NCBI GenBank assembly: GCA_027619995.1
Contig: JAQCGR010000002.1
Location: 1-38,319 of the forward strand
From: Pseudomonadota bacterium
Lineage (GTDB): Bacteria; Pseudomonadota; Alphaproteobacteria; CADEGL01
DNA: 38,319 nucleotides
Reading direction: 5' to 3'
The position numbers and the translations under genes are program-made. The notes beneath the pieces are model-generated. The model was not told the DNA's origin. It saw only the letters and a list, made by a program, of their open reading frames with translations, and ran no database searches. Positions 1 through 8,662 of this stretch are shown piece after piece; positions within the stretch are counted from its first letter, which is position 1; the number at the start of each line of letters is the position of its first letter.

Positions 1-35
1 TCCGCATCATGTTGCGCAGGCTTGCCGCAACACAT

Positions 36-590
36 TCAACCTAGATTCAAACTTTCCGGAACGGCTCTATGGACGTCCATCATCTCACGCATGGACTTCG
101 CCGTCACCAGCGCATATGCCGCCTCAACACCGCGGTCGAAATGCGACTTGGCGAATTCGCCCCATAGGGCGCCGGAGGTCTGCAGCCCTTCGACAAACGC
201 TGCACTCGACCTGTAGCAGGCAGCTGCTGCATCGGCCTTCGGCAGACGACCCGACGGAGAGGCCGCCGGACTTGGCTTGGAGCGCGTTTCAACCGGCGCG
301 CGCCGGGCAGAAGCTTTCGAAACCTTCGGCTTAATCGCTTCAACCCTGCGATCCCGTCGCGCGCTCTTGGTCTTCTTGGACGCGATCTTGGCGGGCGAGG
401 TTTTGGTCGCGGTTTCGGTCTTCGCGGCTTTGCAGGGCTTCTCGCTTGCAGCGCGCGCTGCCGCGGCCTGGCGCATCACCGCGCGAAAACGGGCCTTCGG
501 ATCGGCCAACGACTCGGTCGCCGCCGGCGAGGCAGCCGATACCCGGCTATTGGCCGGCCGCTTGGCCTTGCTCGTCTTTGACACCGTCAT
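36..590 (-). CDS. phasin-like protein with long Ala/Lys/Pro-rich N-terminal region
   Basis: 184-codon ORF, ATG 588-590, TGA stop 36-38. The first ~120 aa are low-complexity and A/K/P/S/R-rich (histone-H1/AlgP-like). The last ~60 aa (AAFVEGLQTSGALWGEFAKSHFDRGVEAAYALVTAKSMREMMDV) resemble the beginning of a phasin (PHA granule protein) domain. A PhaR-type box lies upstream. The phasin-like part is short and the ORF ends 35 nt from the window edge, so truncation cannot be excluded. Confidence 0.5.
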   Translation of the reverse strand: MTVSKTSKAKRPANSRVSAASPAATESLADPKARFRAVMRQAAAARAASEKPCKAAKTETATKTSPAKIASKKTKSARRDRRVEAIKPKVSKASARRAPVETRSKPSPAASPSGRLPKADAAAACYRSSAAFVEGLQTSGALWGEFAKSHFDRGVEAAYALVTAKSMREMMDVHRAVPESLNLG

Positions 591-638
591 TCTCCAAACC
601 CTTCAGGATCGAACCGAAACACAAAATAACCATAAATG

Positions 639-649
639 CTGCAGTGCAG
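639..649. promoter_or_regulatory. CTGC-N3-GCAG palindrome, candidate PhaR-type operator for the phasin-like gene
   Basis: Exact ctgcagtgcag lies 49-59 nt upstream of the ATG at 590, inside an AT-richer intergenic region. A degenerate second copy tcgcagtgcaa is at 694-704. From memory, CTGC-N3-GCAG / TGC-rich sites are what alphaproteobacterial PhaR binds at phaP promoters. Confidence 0.35.
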
Positions 650-888
650 TATGCAAAATGTAGCCAACCTTCCCCGAAAGTCAATAAACTTCTTCGCAGT
701 GCAATATAATCCTCCGATCCTCTGCGCCCGGCCCAACGCTCGCACGGATCACCGCAGACGCCCACACGCCGCGTCGCTGTTTTGCGCCAAAAGTAATGGT
801 TTTTACGGCGTATAGACAAAATTCAACATACCTTCTAGAATCAAACACAATTGCTTGACCGTCACTGAATATTGGCAGAGCCGAAACC

Positions 889-2226
889 TTGAAACACTGG
901 CACAAGCGCTTCGGAACAATCATCCTTGCTCACGGCACCGTCGCCTTGTTCGTGGTGGTTTTGGCCTTCGCCACATTTCCGTCGCAAGCCTTCGCCAAAT
1001 ATGCCTCGATTGTCGTGGATGCGGACACCGGCGCGGTCCTTCACGAAGAAAATGCCGATACCCGGAACTTTCCGGCCTCCCTCACCAAGATCATGACCCT
1101 TTACATGTTGTTCGAAGCGATCGACACGGGTCGTATCAAACTCGACCAGGAATTGCCTGTTTCCGCCAATGCGCAGAAACAAGAGCCGTCGAAGCTGAAC
1201 CTGCGCAAGGGCCAGACGATCAAGGCCCGCGACGCGATCCTGGCCCTTGTCACGAAATCCGCCAACGACGTGGCCGTGGTCGTGGCCGAGGCGGTCGGCG
1301 ATTCGGAGACGCGTTTCGCCCGCATGATGACGGTGAAAGCCCTGGCGCTGGGCATGAAACGGACCCAGTTTCGCAACGCCTCCGGCCTGCCCGACGACCG
1401 GCAGCTGAGCAGCGCGCGCGACATGTCCATCCTGGCGCGAGCGCTGATGCGCAACTTTCCACGCTATTACCCATATTTCTTGACGGAACAGTTCGCCTAC
1501 AAGGGCGAGATCTACGGCAATCACAACGGCCTTCTCGGCACTTATGACGGGGTCGACGGCATCAAGACCGGCTATATCCGTGCCTCCGGTTTCAATCTCG
1601 TGGCTTCCGCCGAACGCGATGGACGGCGCATCATCGGCGTGGTTTTTGGCGGCAAGACGAGTGCCTGGCGCAACAAGCACATGGTCGGCCTCCTGGATGA
1701 CGGTTTTGAGAAGGTCACAAGAATCGCCAGAGCGGCAAAACCGTTGCTTGAAACGGCCGACTACGAGCCGCCCCTGACCAAACCCGTTCTGAATACGGCC
1801 AAGCGCCCGTCGAGCAAAGTTGAATTGGCGCTTGCGCCGACCAAGGCACCCCCACCGCCGCCCCTAGCTGTGACGCCCAAAACAGTGGCGCCGGCAGCGG
1901 TATTGCCCGCAGCGGTAGCGCCGGAAGCAGTGGCGCTCGATGTGGCGGTGACGGAATGGAGCATCCAGGTCGGCGCGTTTCGCCAATTCGCCCTGGCCCA
2001 GGCGGCGGTGGATCGGGCATCGAGCCTCGCGCCGACGCTGCTGGAAGACGCGGTTGTCCATATCTTCCCGGTCCAAAGCCGGACGGGGCCCCTGTTTCGC
2101 GCCCGCCTGACTGGGTTCGACAAGGGCACAGCATCCAAAGCCTGTAGCCTTCTCATGGCGAAACGGATGGATTGCCTCGCGGTCCCGCCCCCGCAAGGCA
2201 CCGAGGTCGCCTTCGCCACCCAATAG
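889..2226 (+). CDS. D-alanyl-D-alanine carboxypeptidase (low-MW PBP, S11 family) with C-terminal SPOR domain
   Basis: 445-codon ORF with a signal-peptide-like N-terminus (ILAHGTVALFVVVLAFATFPSQAFA). The SxxK (SLTKIMT), SxN (KSANDVA) and KTG (IKTGYI) motifs occur in the canonical order. A Pro/Ala-rich linker precedes a SPOR-like end (WSIQVGAF...FRARLTGFDKGTASKACSLL). The first codon is TTG (889-891) and there is no in-frame ATG before the signal peptide. Confidence 0.88.
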   Translation: MKHWHKRFGTIILAHGTVALFVVVLAFATFPSQAFAKYASIVVDADTGAVLHEENADTRNFPASLTKIMTLYMLFEAIDTGRIKLDQELPVSANAQKQEPSKLNLRKGQTIKARDAILALVTKSANDVAVVVAEAVGDSETRFARMMTVKALALGMKRTQFRNASGLPDDRQLSSARDMSILARALMRNFPRYYPYFLTEQFAYKGEIYGNHNGLLGTYDGVDGIKTGYIRASGFNLVASAERDGRRIIGVVFGGKTSAWRNKHMVGLLDDGFEKVTRIARAAKPLLETADYEPPLTKPVLNTAKRPSSKVELALAPTKAPPPPPLAVTPKTVAPAAVLPAAVAPEAVALDVAVTEWSIQVGAFRQFALAQAAVDRASSLAPTLLEDAVVHIFPVQSRTGPLFRARLTGFDKGTASKACSLLMAKRMDCLAVPPPQGTEVAFATQ

Positions 2227-2263
2227 GATTCGCCGCGAATCGGCCCCGCCAAACGCGGCACGA

Positions 2264-3664
2264 TCAGAAGTCCGGTGCGTCCACCCCAGCAACCTCCAAC
2301 GCCGCCCGAAGGGCCGCTTTCAGGCGCGCCAGCCCGGCTTCATCCGACGCCTCGCAGCGCCCCACAAGGGCCGCCTGGGTATTCGATGCTCGCAACAGCC
2401 ACCAGCCGTCCGCCGTGCGCACGCGCACCCCGTCGATCAACGACACCTCGTCGCCCCGGGCGGCGACATAGGCCTTCACCGTATCGACGACCCCGAACTT
2501 TCGCTCCTCCGAGCATTCAAAACGCAATTCCGGCGTGTTGACGAATTCCGGCAGGCCGTCACGCAGAGTCGCCAGATCGACCTCCGACCGGGCCAGGATG
2601 CCGAGCAGGCGCACGGCGGCATAGAGCGCGTCGTCATAGCCGTAATAGCCGTCGGCGATAAAGATATGGCCGCTCATCTCGCCGGCGAGGGGCGCACCGG
2701 TCTCGGCCATCTTCGCCTTGATCAGGGAATGGCCCGTGCGCCACATCAGCGGCACACCGCCCAGGGCGGCGACCCGGTCGAACAGTGCTTGGCTAGCCTT
2801 CACATCGGCGATGACCGTGGCGCCCGGCCGGCGCTTCAACAGGTCTTCGGCCAGCAGCATGAGCAGCTGATCGCCCCAGAGAATCCGGCCCCGTCCGTCG
2901 AGGACACCGATGCGGTCGCCGTCACCGTCGAAGGCGATGCCGATTTCGCAATCGTTCGCCTCGATCGCCCCGCGCAGGCTTTCCAGGGTTTCGGGCAAGG
3001 TCGGATCGGGGTGATGATTGGGGAAGGTGCCGTCGATATCGGCAAAGAGCACCGTGTGGTCACCTGGCAGGGCTGAGGCCAGGGCGGCCGTCGCGGGGCC
3101 AGCCGCGCCGTTGCCGGCATCCCAGGCCACGCGCAGCGCCCGGCCACCCGTGAAATCGCCGACGAGCCGCGCGATATAGTCGTCGAACAGCGGCCTGTCC
3201 TCGACCGACCCCGATCCTTCCGCGAAATCGCCCTTGGCCGCGATGCGGCCCAGTTCCTGGATCTGCTCGCCGTAGAAGGGCCCGCCGGAAAGCATCATCT
3301 TGAAGCCGTTATAGTCCGGCGGATTGTGCGATCCCGTGATCATGATCGCGCCGTCGGCATCCAGCGCATGGCTCGCGTAATAGAGCATGGGCGTCGGACC
3401 GAGGCCGACGCGCAGCACCGTCAGGCCGCAGGCGGACAGGCCGGATGCCAATGCCTCCTCCAGCACGGGAGAACTCAGCCGGCCGTCATACCCGGTCGCC
3501 GCCCGCCCCCCGCCGGCGGCGCGCACCATCGTTCCGAAGGCCCGACCGATGGCATGGGCATCCCCCTCGTCCAAGGTCTGACCGACGATTCCGCGCATGT
3601 CGTATTCGCGGAGGATTGTTGGATCGAGACGGTGCGGCCCATTGCTCGTTCCTGCGGTCTTCAT
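2264..3664 (-). CDS. phosphomannomutase/phosphoglucomutase (alpha-D-phosphohexomutase family)
   Basis: 466-codon ORF, ATG 3662-3664. Active-site phosphoserine loop ITGSHNPPDYNGFK, metal loop FDGDGDR, and a sugar-binding GEMSGH-type segment. It is the last gene of the co-directional galU-ugd cluster. Confidence 0.9.
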   Translation of the reverse strand: MKTAGTSNGPHRLDPTILREYDMRGIVGQTLDEGDAHAIGRAFGTMVRAAGGGRAATGYDGRLSSPVLEEALASGLSACGLTVLRVGLGPTPMLYYASHALDADGAIMITGSHNPPDYNGFKMMLSGGPFYGEQIQELGRIAAKGDFAEGSGSVEDRPLFDDYIARLVGDFTGGRALRVAWDAGNGAAGPATAALASALPGDHTVLFADIDGTFPNHHPDPTLPETLESLRGAIEANDCEIGIAFDGDGDRIGVLDGRGRILWGDQLLMLLAEDLLKRRPGATVIADVKASQALFDRVAALGGVPLMWRTGHSLIKAKMAETGAPLAGEMSGHIFIADGYYGYDDALYAAVRLLGILARSEVDLATLRDGLPEFVNTPELRFECSEERKFGVVDTVKAYVAARGDEVSLIDGVRVRTADGWWLLRASNTQAALVGRCEASDEAGLARLKAALRAALEVAGVDAPDF

Positions 3665-3680
3665 GGCGCGCGGCTCCTGT

Positions 3681-4994
3681 TCAGCCGACCGGCTTGCGGC
3701 CGACGCTTACGTAACGGATGCCGGCTCTCGCCATCTCCGCCAGATCGTAAATGTTGCGCAGGTCGATCAGCAGAGGATGGCGCATCAGCGCCTTGATGCG
3801 GTCGAAATCGAGACCGCGAAAGGCGTTCCATTCCGTGACGATCACCAGGGCATCGGCCCCCGTCATCGTCTCATAGGCATCGCCGCACCAGGTCACGCCA
3901 TCGAATAGGCTGCGTGCCTCGTCCATGCCCGCCGGGTCGTGGGCGCGGAGGCTCGCCCCGGCCTTCTGCAAGGCCGGGAGGATCGCCAGGCTCGGCGCGT
4001 CGCGCATGTCGTCCGTATTGGGCTTGAAGGTCAGGCCGAGGACACCGACCGTCTTACCCTCGGCAACGCCGCCGAGCGCCTCGAGAACTTTGTCCGCCAT
4101 CCGCGTCTTGCGCGCGTCGTTCACCGCGACCACGGTCTCGACGATGCGTACGGGCGCGCCGACTTCCTGTGCCGTGCGGGCCAGGGCCAAGGTGTCCTTG
4201 GGAAAGCAGGAACCGCCGTAACCGGGGCCGGCATTGAGGAATTTGTTCCCGATCCGGCCATCCAGACCCATGCCGCGCGCGACCGCCTGAACGTCGGCGC
4301 CGACCTTTTCGCACAGATCGGCCATCTCGTTGATAAAGCTGATCTTGGTCGCGAGAAAGGCATTGGCCGCGTATTTGATCAATTCCGAGGTCTCCAGCGA
4401 GGTGGCAACCATCGGCGTTTCGCGCAAATAGAGCGGTCGATAGATCTCGCGCATGAGTTCGGCCGCCCGCGCGCTATCGGTGCCGATCACAATCCGGTCC
4501 GGCCGCATGAAATCGTTAATCGCGGAGCCTTCGCGGAGGAATTCGGGGTTGGAGGCGACGTCGAATTCGGCCTCGGGCGCGGCCCGCGCGACGACACGTG
4601 CCACCTCGCGGCCGGTCCCGACGGGAACGGTCGATTTGGTGACCACGACGGTGTAGCCGGTCAGGGCGTGGGCTATCTCTTCCGCCGCCGCGTAGACATA
4701 GGACAGGTCGGCATGGCCGTCGCCGCGCCGGCTGGGCGTGCCGACCGCGATAAAGACCGCGTCGGCCTCCGCCACGGCACTCGTCAGGTCGGTGGTGAAG
4801 GTCAGGCGGCCGGCCTTGGCATTGCTCTCGATCAGATCATCGAGTCCCGGCTCGTAGATCGGTACCTCGCCTTGCCGCAGACGCGAGATCTTGCCCTCAT
4901 CCTTGTCGACGCAGGTCACGTCAAAGCCGAATTCGGAAAAACACGTCCCGGAAACCAGCCCGACATAGCCCGTGCCGATCATGGCGATCCGCAT
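3681..4994 (-). CDS. ugd: UDP-glucose 6-dehydrogenase
   Basis: 437-codon ORF. N-terminal Rossmann motif MRIAMIGTGYVGLVSG and catalytic-Cys segment GGSCFPKD. Strong AAGGAGG upstream of the ATG at 4992-4994. Sits 16 nt upstream of the phosphohexomutase gene. Confidence 0.92.
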   Translation of the reverse strand: MRIAMIGTGYVGLVSGTCFSEFGFDVTCVDKDEGKISRLRQGEVPIYEPGLDDLIESNAKAGRLTFTTDLTSAVAEADAVFIAVGTPSRRGDGHADLSYVYAAAEEIAHALTGYTVVVTKSTVPVGTGREVARVVARAAPEAEFDVASNPEFLREGSAINDFMRPDRIVIGTDSARAAELMREIYRPLYLRETPMVATSLETSELIKYAANAFLATKISFINEMADLCEKVGADVQAVARGMGLDGRIGNKFLNAGPGYGGSCFPKDTLALARTAQEVGAPVRIVETVVAVNDARKTRMADKVLEALGGVAEGKTVGVLGLTFKPNTDDMRDAPSLAILPALQKAGASLRAHDPAGMDEARSLFDGVTWCGDAYETMTGADALVIVTEWNAFRGLDFDRIKALMRHPLLIDLRNIYDLAEMARAGIRYVSVGRKPVG

Positions 4995-5031
4995 TGTCGC
5001 CTCCTTTATTTTTCAGCCGGTTGGCCGCGCC

Positions 5032-5904
5032 CTAGGAAATATAGGAGCGCAATCGCTCACGCACAGCCGGTCCGAGATCTTCGCGCTCGAGCGCGAAGGC
5101 AATATTCGCCTCGATGAATCCGACCTTGTCGCCGCAATCGTAACGCTGCCCTTCGAAGCGCAAGCCATGGAACGGCGTGGTGCCGATCATCCTGGCCATC
5201 GCGTCGGTCAGCTGGATTTCCCCGCCCGCCCCGCGTTCCTGCGTTTCGAGATGGTCGAAAATCTCGGGTTGCAGGATATAGCGGCCGATGATGCTCAATG
5301 TGGAGGGCGCGTTCTCCGGCGCCGGCTTCTCCACCAATCCTTTGACCGACACCAGGCGGCCGTCATCCTTGTCGACGTCCAGGATGCCGTAGCGCCCCGT
5401 CTGCTCGCGCGGGACATCCACCACCGCCACCATATTGCCGCCGGTTTCCTGATAGGCCTCGACCATCTGCTTGAGGCAGGGCTTGCCCGCCAGCACCAGA
5501 TCGTCGGCCAGGAGGATTGCCACCGGCTCGCCGCCGGCCAGATGCCGGGCACACCACACCGCATGACCCAGGCCCAACGGCTCCTGCTGGCGAACATAGG
5601 CAATCTCGCCCGGGCGGCCGACCATCGCCGTCATGGATTCCAGCTCGGCCGTCTTGCCCCGGCTGCTCAGGGTCTCACGCAGCTCGAAACTATCGTCGAA
5701 ATGGTCCTCGATCGCCGTCTTGCCGCGTCCGGTGACGAAAACGATCTGCTCGATCCCCGCAGCTCTGGCCTCCTCTACCGCATATTGGATCAGCGGCTTG
5801 TCGACCACGGGCAGCATTTCCTTGGGCATGGCTTTGGTAGCCGGCAGGAAACGCGTGCCGAGCCCGCCGACCGGCAGGATCGCTCTACGAATGGGTCGTG
5901 GCAT
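5032..5904 (-). CDS. galU: UTP--glucose-1-phosphate uridylyltransferase
   Basis: Signature AILPVGGLGTRFLPATKAMPKEMLPVVDKPLIQYAVEE. I place the start at the internal ATG 5902-5904 (MPRPIRRAILPV...), because the 18-codon upstream extension of the tracked ORF (to 5958) has no family counterpart. Confidence 0.88.
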   Translation of the reverse strand: MPRPIRRAILPVGGLGTRFLPATKAMPKEMLPVVDKPLIQYAVEEARAAGIEQIVFVTGRGKTAIEDHFDDSFELRETLSSRGKTAELESMTAMVGRPGEIAYVRQQEPLGLGHAVWCARHLAGGEPVAILLADDLVLAGKPCLKQMVEAYQETGGNMVAVVDVPREQTGRYGILDVDKDDGRLVSVKGLVEKPAPENAPSTLSIIGRYILQPEIFDHLETQERGAGGEIQLTDAMARMIGTTPFHGLRFEGQRYDCGDKVGFIEANIAFALEREDLGPAVRERLRSYIS

Positions 5905-5985
5905 GATAAGTATCTGTTCGCTTTTCAGCTGGGGATGAGCGTCGGGCGTATGTGCCATAGGGTGGCTGGACCGTGCAACCGCGCA

Positions 5986-6702
5986 TCATCGGGCCAGGAG
6001 AACGTCCTTGGCCTGGTTGATCCGTGCCGCAAGGTAGGATGACCCGCCGGCATCGGGGTGAAACTGCGCCATCAGGCGACGATGGGCATCCTTGATCGCC
6101 GCTTCATCGGCATCCGGCTCTAGGCCAAGAATGCGGTAAGCTTCATGCCGGCTCAGCGCCGCGCTTTCGTTTCCGCCGGCATCGCCCGCCGCGTCCTCCG
6201 CTCCGGCGGCCCCGGCCTCGTCGCGCCAGTCCGGATGGCGATGGTCGAGATAGGCGATCAGAACGCGCGCCGATTGCTGGTCCGCGAGTGCCACCTCCCG
6301 CAGCAAGGTCAACAATTCGTCGATCGCCAGATCGTCGAGCGCTCTTCCAGCGAATGCGCCGGCGGTTATCTCTCCGGTCATCGTGCCGGTATCGTGGTCG
6401 AGACTCATGCGCAGAAAGGCAGTTTCGATACTGCTCGCCCGGCCGGGCGCCGGCCCGCGCATCGTCTTGAACATATTGGACAGCGATCGGGCGCGCATCA
6501 GCCAGGGAAAGGCGAAGATGCCGGCCGTCCGGATCCAGTTCCAACGCCCCGTCACGGCGATGTAGGCCAGGATCGCGACAGCCAGGGCAAGCCCGATCCA
6601 GCGCAATCCGCGCGCCACGGTTTTCGGGTCGGCCGAGACGAACCAGCGCAGCAGCAGGAACAGGCCGAGCGCGAGGCCGAGGGCGAGAATCAACCAGAAC
6701 AT
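5986..6702 (-). CDS. inner-membrane J-domain protein (C-terminal DnaJ domain)
   Basis: 238-codon ORF. Two N-terminal hydrophobic segments (FWLILALGLALGLFLLL; WIGLALAVAILAYIAVTG), an acidic middle region, and a C-terminal J domain with an HPD motif (YRILGLEPDADEAAIKDAHRRLMAQFHPDAGGS). Confidence 0.8.
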   Translation of the reverse strand: MFWLILALGLALGLFLLLRWFVSADPKTVARGLRWIGLALAVAILAYIAVTGRWNWIRTAGIFAFPWLMRARSLSNMFKTMRGPAPGRASSIETAFLRMSLDHDTGTMTGEITAGAFAGRALDDLAIDELLTLLREVALADQQSARVLIAYLDHRHPDWRDEAGAAGAEDAAGDAGGNESAALSRHEAYRILGLEPDADEAAIKDAHRRLMAQFHPDAGGSSYLAARINQAKDVLLAR

Positions 6703-6711
6703 CTCAGTCGC

Positions 6712-7419
6712 CTAACGCATCTGGCTGGTGATCTGAAGCGCGCCGCCGCCCCGCTTGCGCCCGAAATCCTCCAGCGCCCTGCGACCGCCCGCGGCATAGA
6801 CGGCAACGGCGCCCAACAGGTCCTTGAGTTGCTGGGCGCTGGTCGCGTCGAAGCTGCAATAGGCGCCCTTGGTCAGCCGCGCAATCTCGCGGAAGGCGCG
6901 GCCCGCAATCGGCTCGCCGCCCTCGTGGAAAACGAAGACGGGCACGCCCAACAGGCCTAACCGCCCGGCGGTCTCGCAGACCGAATCGATATCCTCCTCG
7001 AAACAATCGCCGACGAAGACCAGCGCGTCGAAGGGCTCGCGCCGGCCTTCATTGAGCGCGTGGCGCAGGACGCGGCCGATCTGCGTCTGTCCGCCGCGGC
7101 AGGACACGGCGGCCATCCGTTCCACCAGACTGTCCGCATTGTCGATCCACCGGCTGGCTTCGAACTCGCGGAAGCCGCGATAATGGACGAGCTGGATATC
7201 GAGACCGCCCAGAGCCTTGGTCGATTCGAACATCTCGGCCTGCAGATGGATGGCGCGATCCCAGCTCGCCTGGCGGCTGGCCGTCGCATCCATGGTGAAC
7301 ATCAGCCGGCCGCGACGGCCCGCCGGCTTGAGTGCAGGGGCACGCGCGACGGTGTCGAGAAAGGCATCGACCTCCGCTTTCGAGGATAGCGTCGTCAGAT
7401 CACCGGTCTTCTTCGCCAT
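6712..7419 (-). CDS. cytoplasmic von Willebrand factor A (vWA) domain protein
   Basis: MIDAS-like D-x-T-x-S (LMFTMDATASRQ) at the start of an alpha/beta domain; no signal peptide. The ATG at 7417-7419 is preferred over the adjacent GTG at 7420-7422. The stop is 9 nt upstream of the J-domain gene start. Confidence 0.75.
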   Translation of the reverse strand: MAKKTGDLTTLSSKAEVDAFLDTVARAPALKPAGRRGRLMFTMDATASRQASWDRAIHLQAEMFESTKALGGLDIQLVHYRGFREFEASRWIDNADSLVERMAAVSCRGGQTQIGRVLRHALNEGRREPFDALVFVGDCFEEDIDSVCETAGRLGLLGVPVFVFHEGGEPIAGRAFREIARLTKGAYCSFDATSAQQLKDLLGAVAVYAAGGRRALEDFGRKRGGGALQITSQMR

Positions 7420-7510
7420 CACGCCCTCTTGCCGGGCACGAAAACTCTCGGCCCCTCCCAGAAGGTAGTGTTTCGCAGCCCGGGCTTCCAGGCATGTCGC
7501 AAGGAAGGAA

Positions 7511-8662
7511 TCAGCCAGACGACGCGATCAGATGGTTGTCCCACCCGCCCGTGCCGTGCGGCGGCAGGTCCGCAAGCCGCCCCGGCGCAACGTCGAAACG
7601 CGCGATATGGCCCGCCGCACCGGTCAGAATGAAGCCTCCATCCTGCATTGCGGGCGCGATGCCGCAGACATCAGCGAAGGGGACTTCATACAAAAGCGCG
7701 CCATCCGCGGCGTCCCAGATCACGACGAGATTGCCACGGGGGCAGGTAACGGCGAGATAGCGGCCGCCACGATCGAACGCCACGCTGCCGGCATATTGGC
7801 GCATGCGGCGTTCGAGCGCATCGGGAACAGCGAGCGGGCGCAGCCCTCCACCGTCGAACAGGGCGGCCAGCGGCACGCAATCGCCCTTGCCGCCCTCATA
7901 TTGCATGGCCACCGCAACGCGGCCCTCGGCAGTCACATCGAGATGTCGGATCGAGAGTTTGTGATAGCGCGACGCCAAGCGGAAGCTGTCCAGGGTTCGG
8001 CCGCTTTCGATCTCCATGACGCTCAGGGCCGGGTCCATGGTCTCCAGGTTCAGCTTGGCCCGGCCGCTCTCCGGATGGGTGCGGATACCACCCACGGCGA
8101 CGGCAAGTGTCTTGCCGTCCGGCATCAGGCGCAGATCGTGCGGCCCGACACCCTCGACCTGCAATTCGCCGACCTGGCGGTAGCCGTCGGCCGCATCGCG
8201 CAAGCCGATGACGCTCCTGCCCCGCCCATAGTCGTTCTCAGGCGTCAGCAGATGCCGTCCATCCGCCGTGAAGAGGCCATGACCATAGAAATGCCGCCCC
8301 TCAGCCGCCTCGAACCGTCCCGTTTCAACCCCGGCCGCGGCGTCGAAGACGACGGCGAAAGTCCCCGGCCGCCGGGCGAAGGCCACACTCTCCGCAGAAT
8401 CCGGGCGCACGGCTATCCCATGCGGCCGCCCCGGCATGGCGATATCGAACCGCGCAGCGCCGGTGTCATCGAAACCGGTCAGCCAGAACCTGTCGCCGCC
8501 ATCGCCCCGGCCGCCGAGATAAAGCGCTCTTCCTTCCACAGACTCCCGGGCCAGAACCCGACTGAGAGGCGTCGTCAGACCGATCGCCAGCGTGGCGCCG
8601 CCCCCGACCAGAAAGCAGCGCCGCCCGACATCGCGCGACGACGTCGGGGTGCGCGGCGTCAT
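7511..8662 (-). CDS. DUF1513 domain protein with twin-arginine signal
   Basis: Tat motif GRRCFLVGGGATLAIG, then beta-propeller-like repeats matching my memory of DUF1513. The ATG at 8660-8662 overlaps the upstream gene's TGA (TGATG). The tracked ORF begins one codon earlier at TTG 8665. Confidence 0.8.
   Translation of the reverse strand: MTPRTPTSSRDVGRRCFLVGGGATLAIGLTTPLSRVLARESVEGRALYLGGRGDGGDRFWLTGFDDTGAARFDIAMPGRPHGIAVRPDSAESVAFARRPGTFAVVFDAAAGVETGRFEAAEGRHFYGHGLFTADGRHLLTPENDYGRGRSVIGLRDAADGYRQVGELQVEGVGPHDLRLMPDGKTLAVAVGGIRTHPESGRAKLNLETMDPALSVMEIESGRTLDSFRLASRYHKLSIRHLDVTAEGRVAVAMQYEGGKGDCVPLAALFDGGGLRPLAVPDALERRMRQYAGSVAFDRGGRYLAVTCPRGNLVVIWDAADGALLYEVPFADVCGIAPAMQDGGFILTGAAGHIARFDVAPGRLADLPPHGTGGWDNHLIASSG

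Noticed and set aside
2227-2241. Small hairpin gattcg-ccg-cgaatc between the convergent carboxypeptidase and phosphohexomutase genes
   Set aside because: A 6-bp stem with a 3-nt loop and no flanking T/A tract is too weak to call a terminator.
3939-6042. 392-aa and 356-aa plus-strand ORFs (3939-5117, 4972-6042)
   Set aside because: They are antisense to ugd and galU, both of which have textbook motifs.
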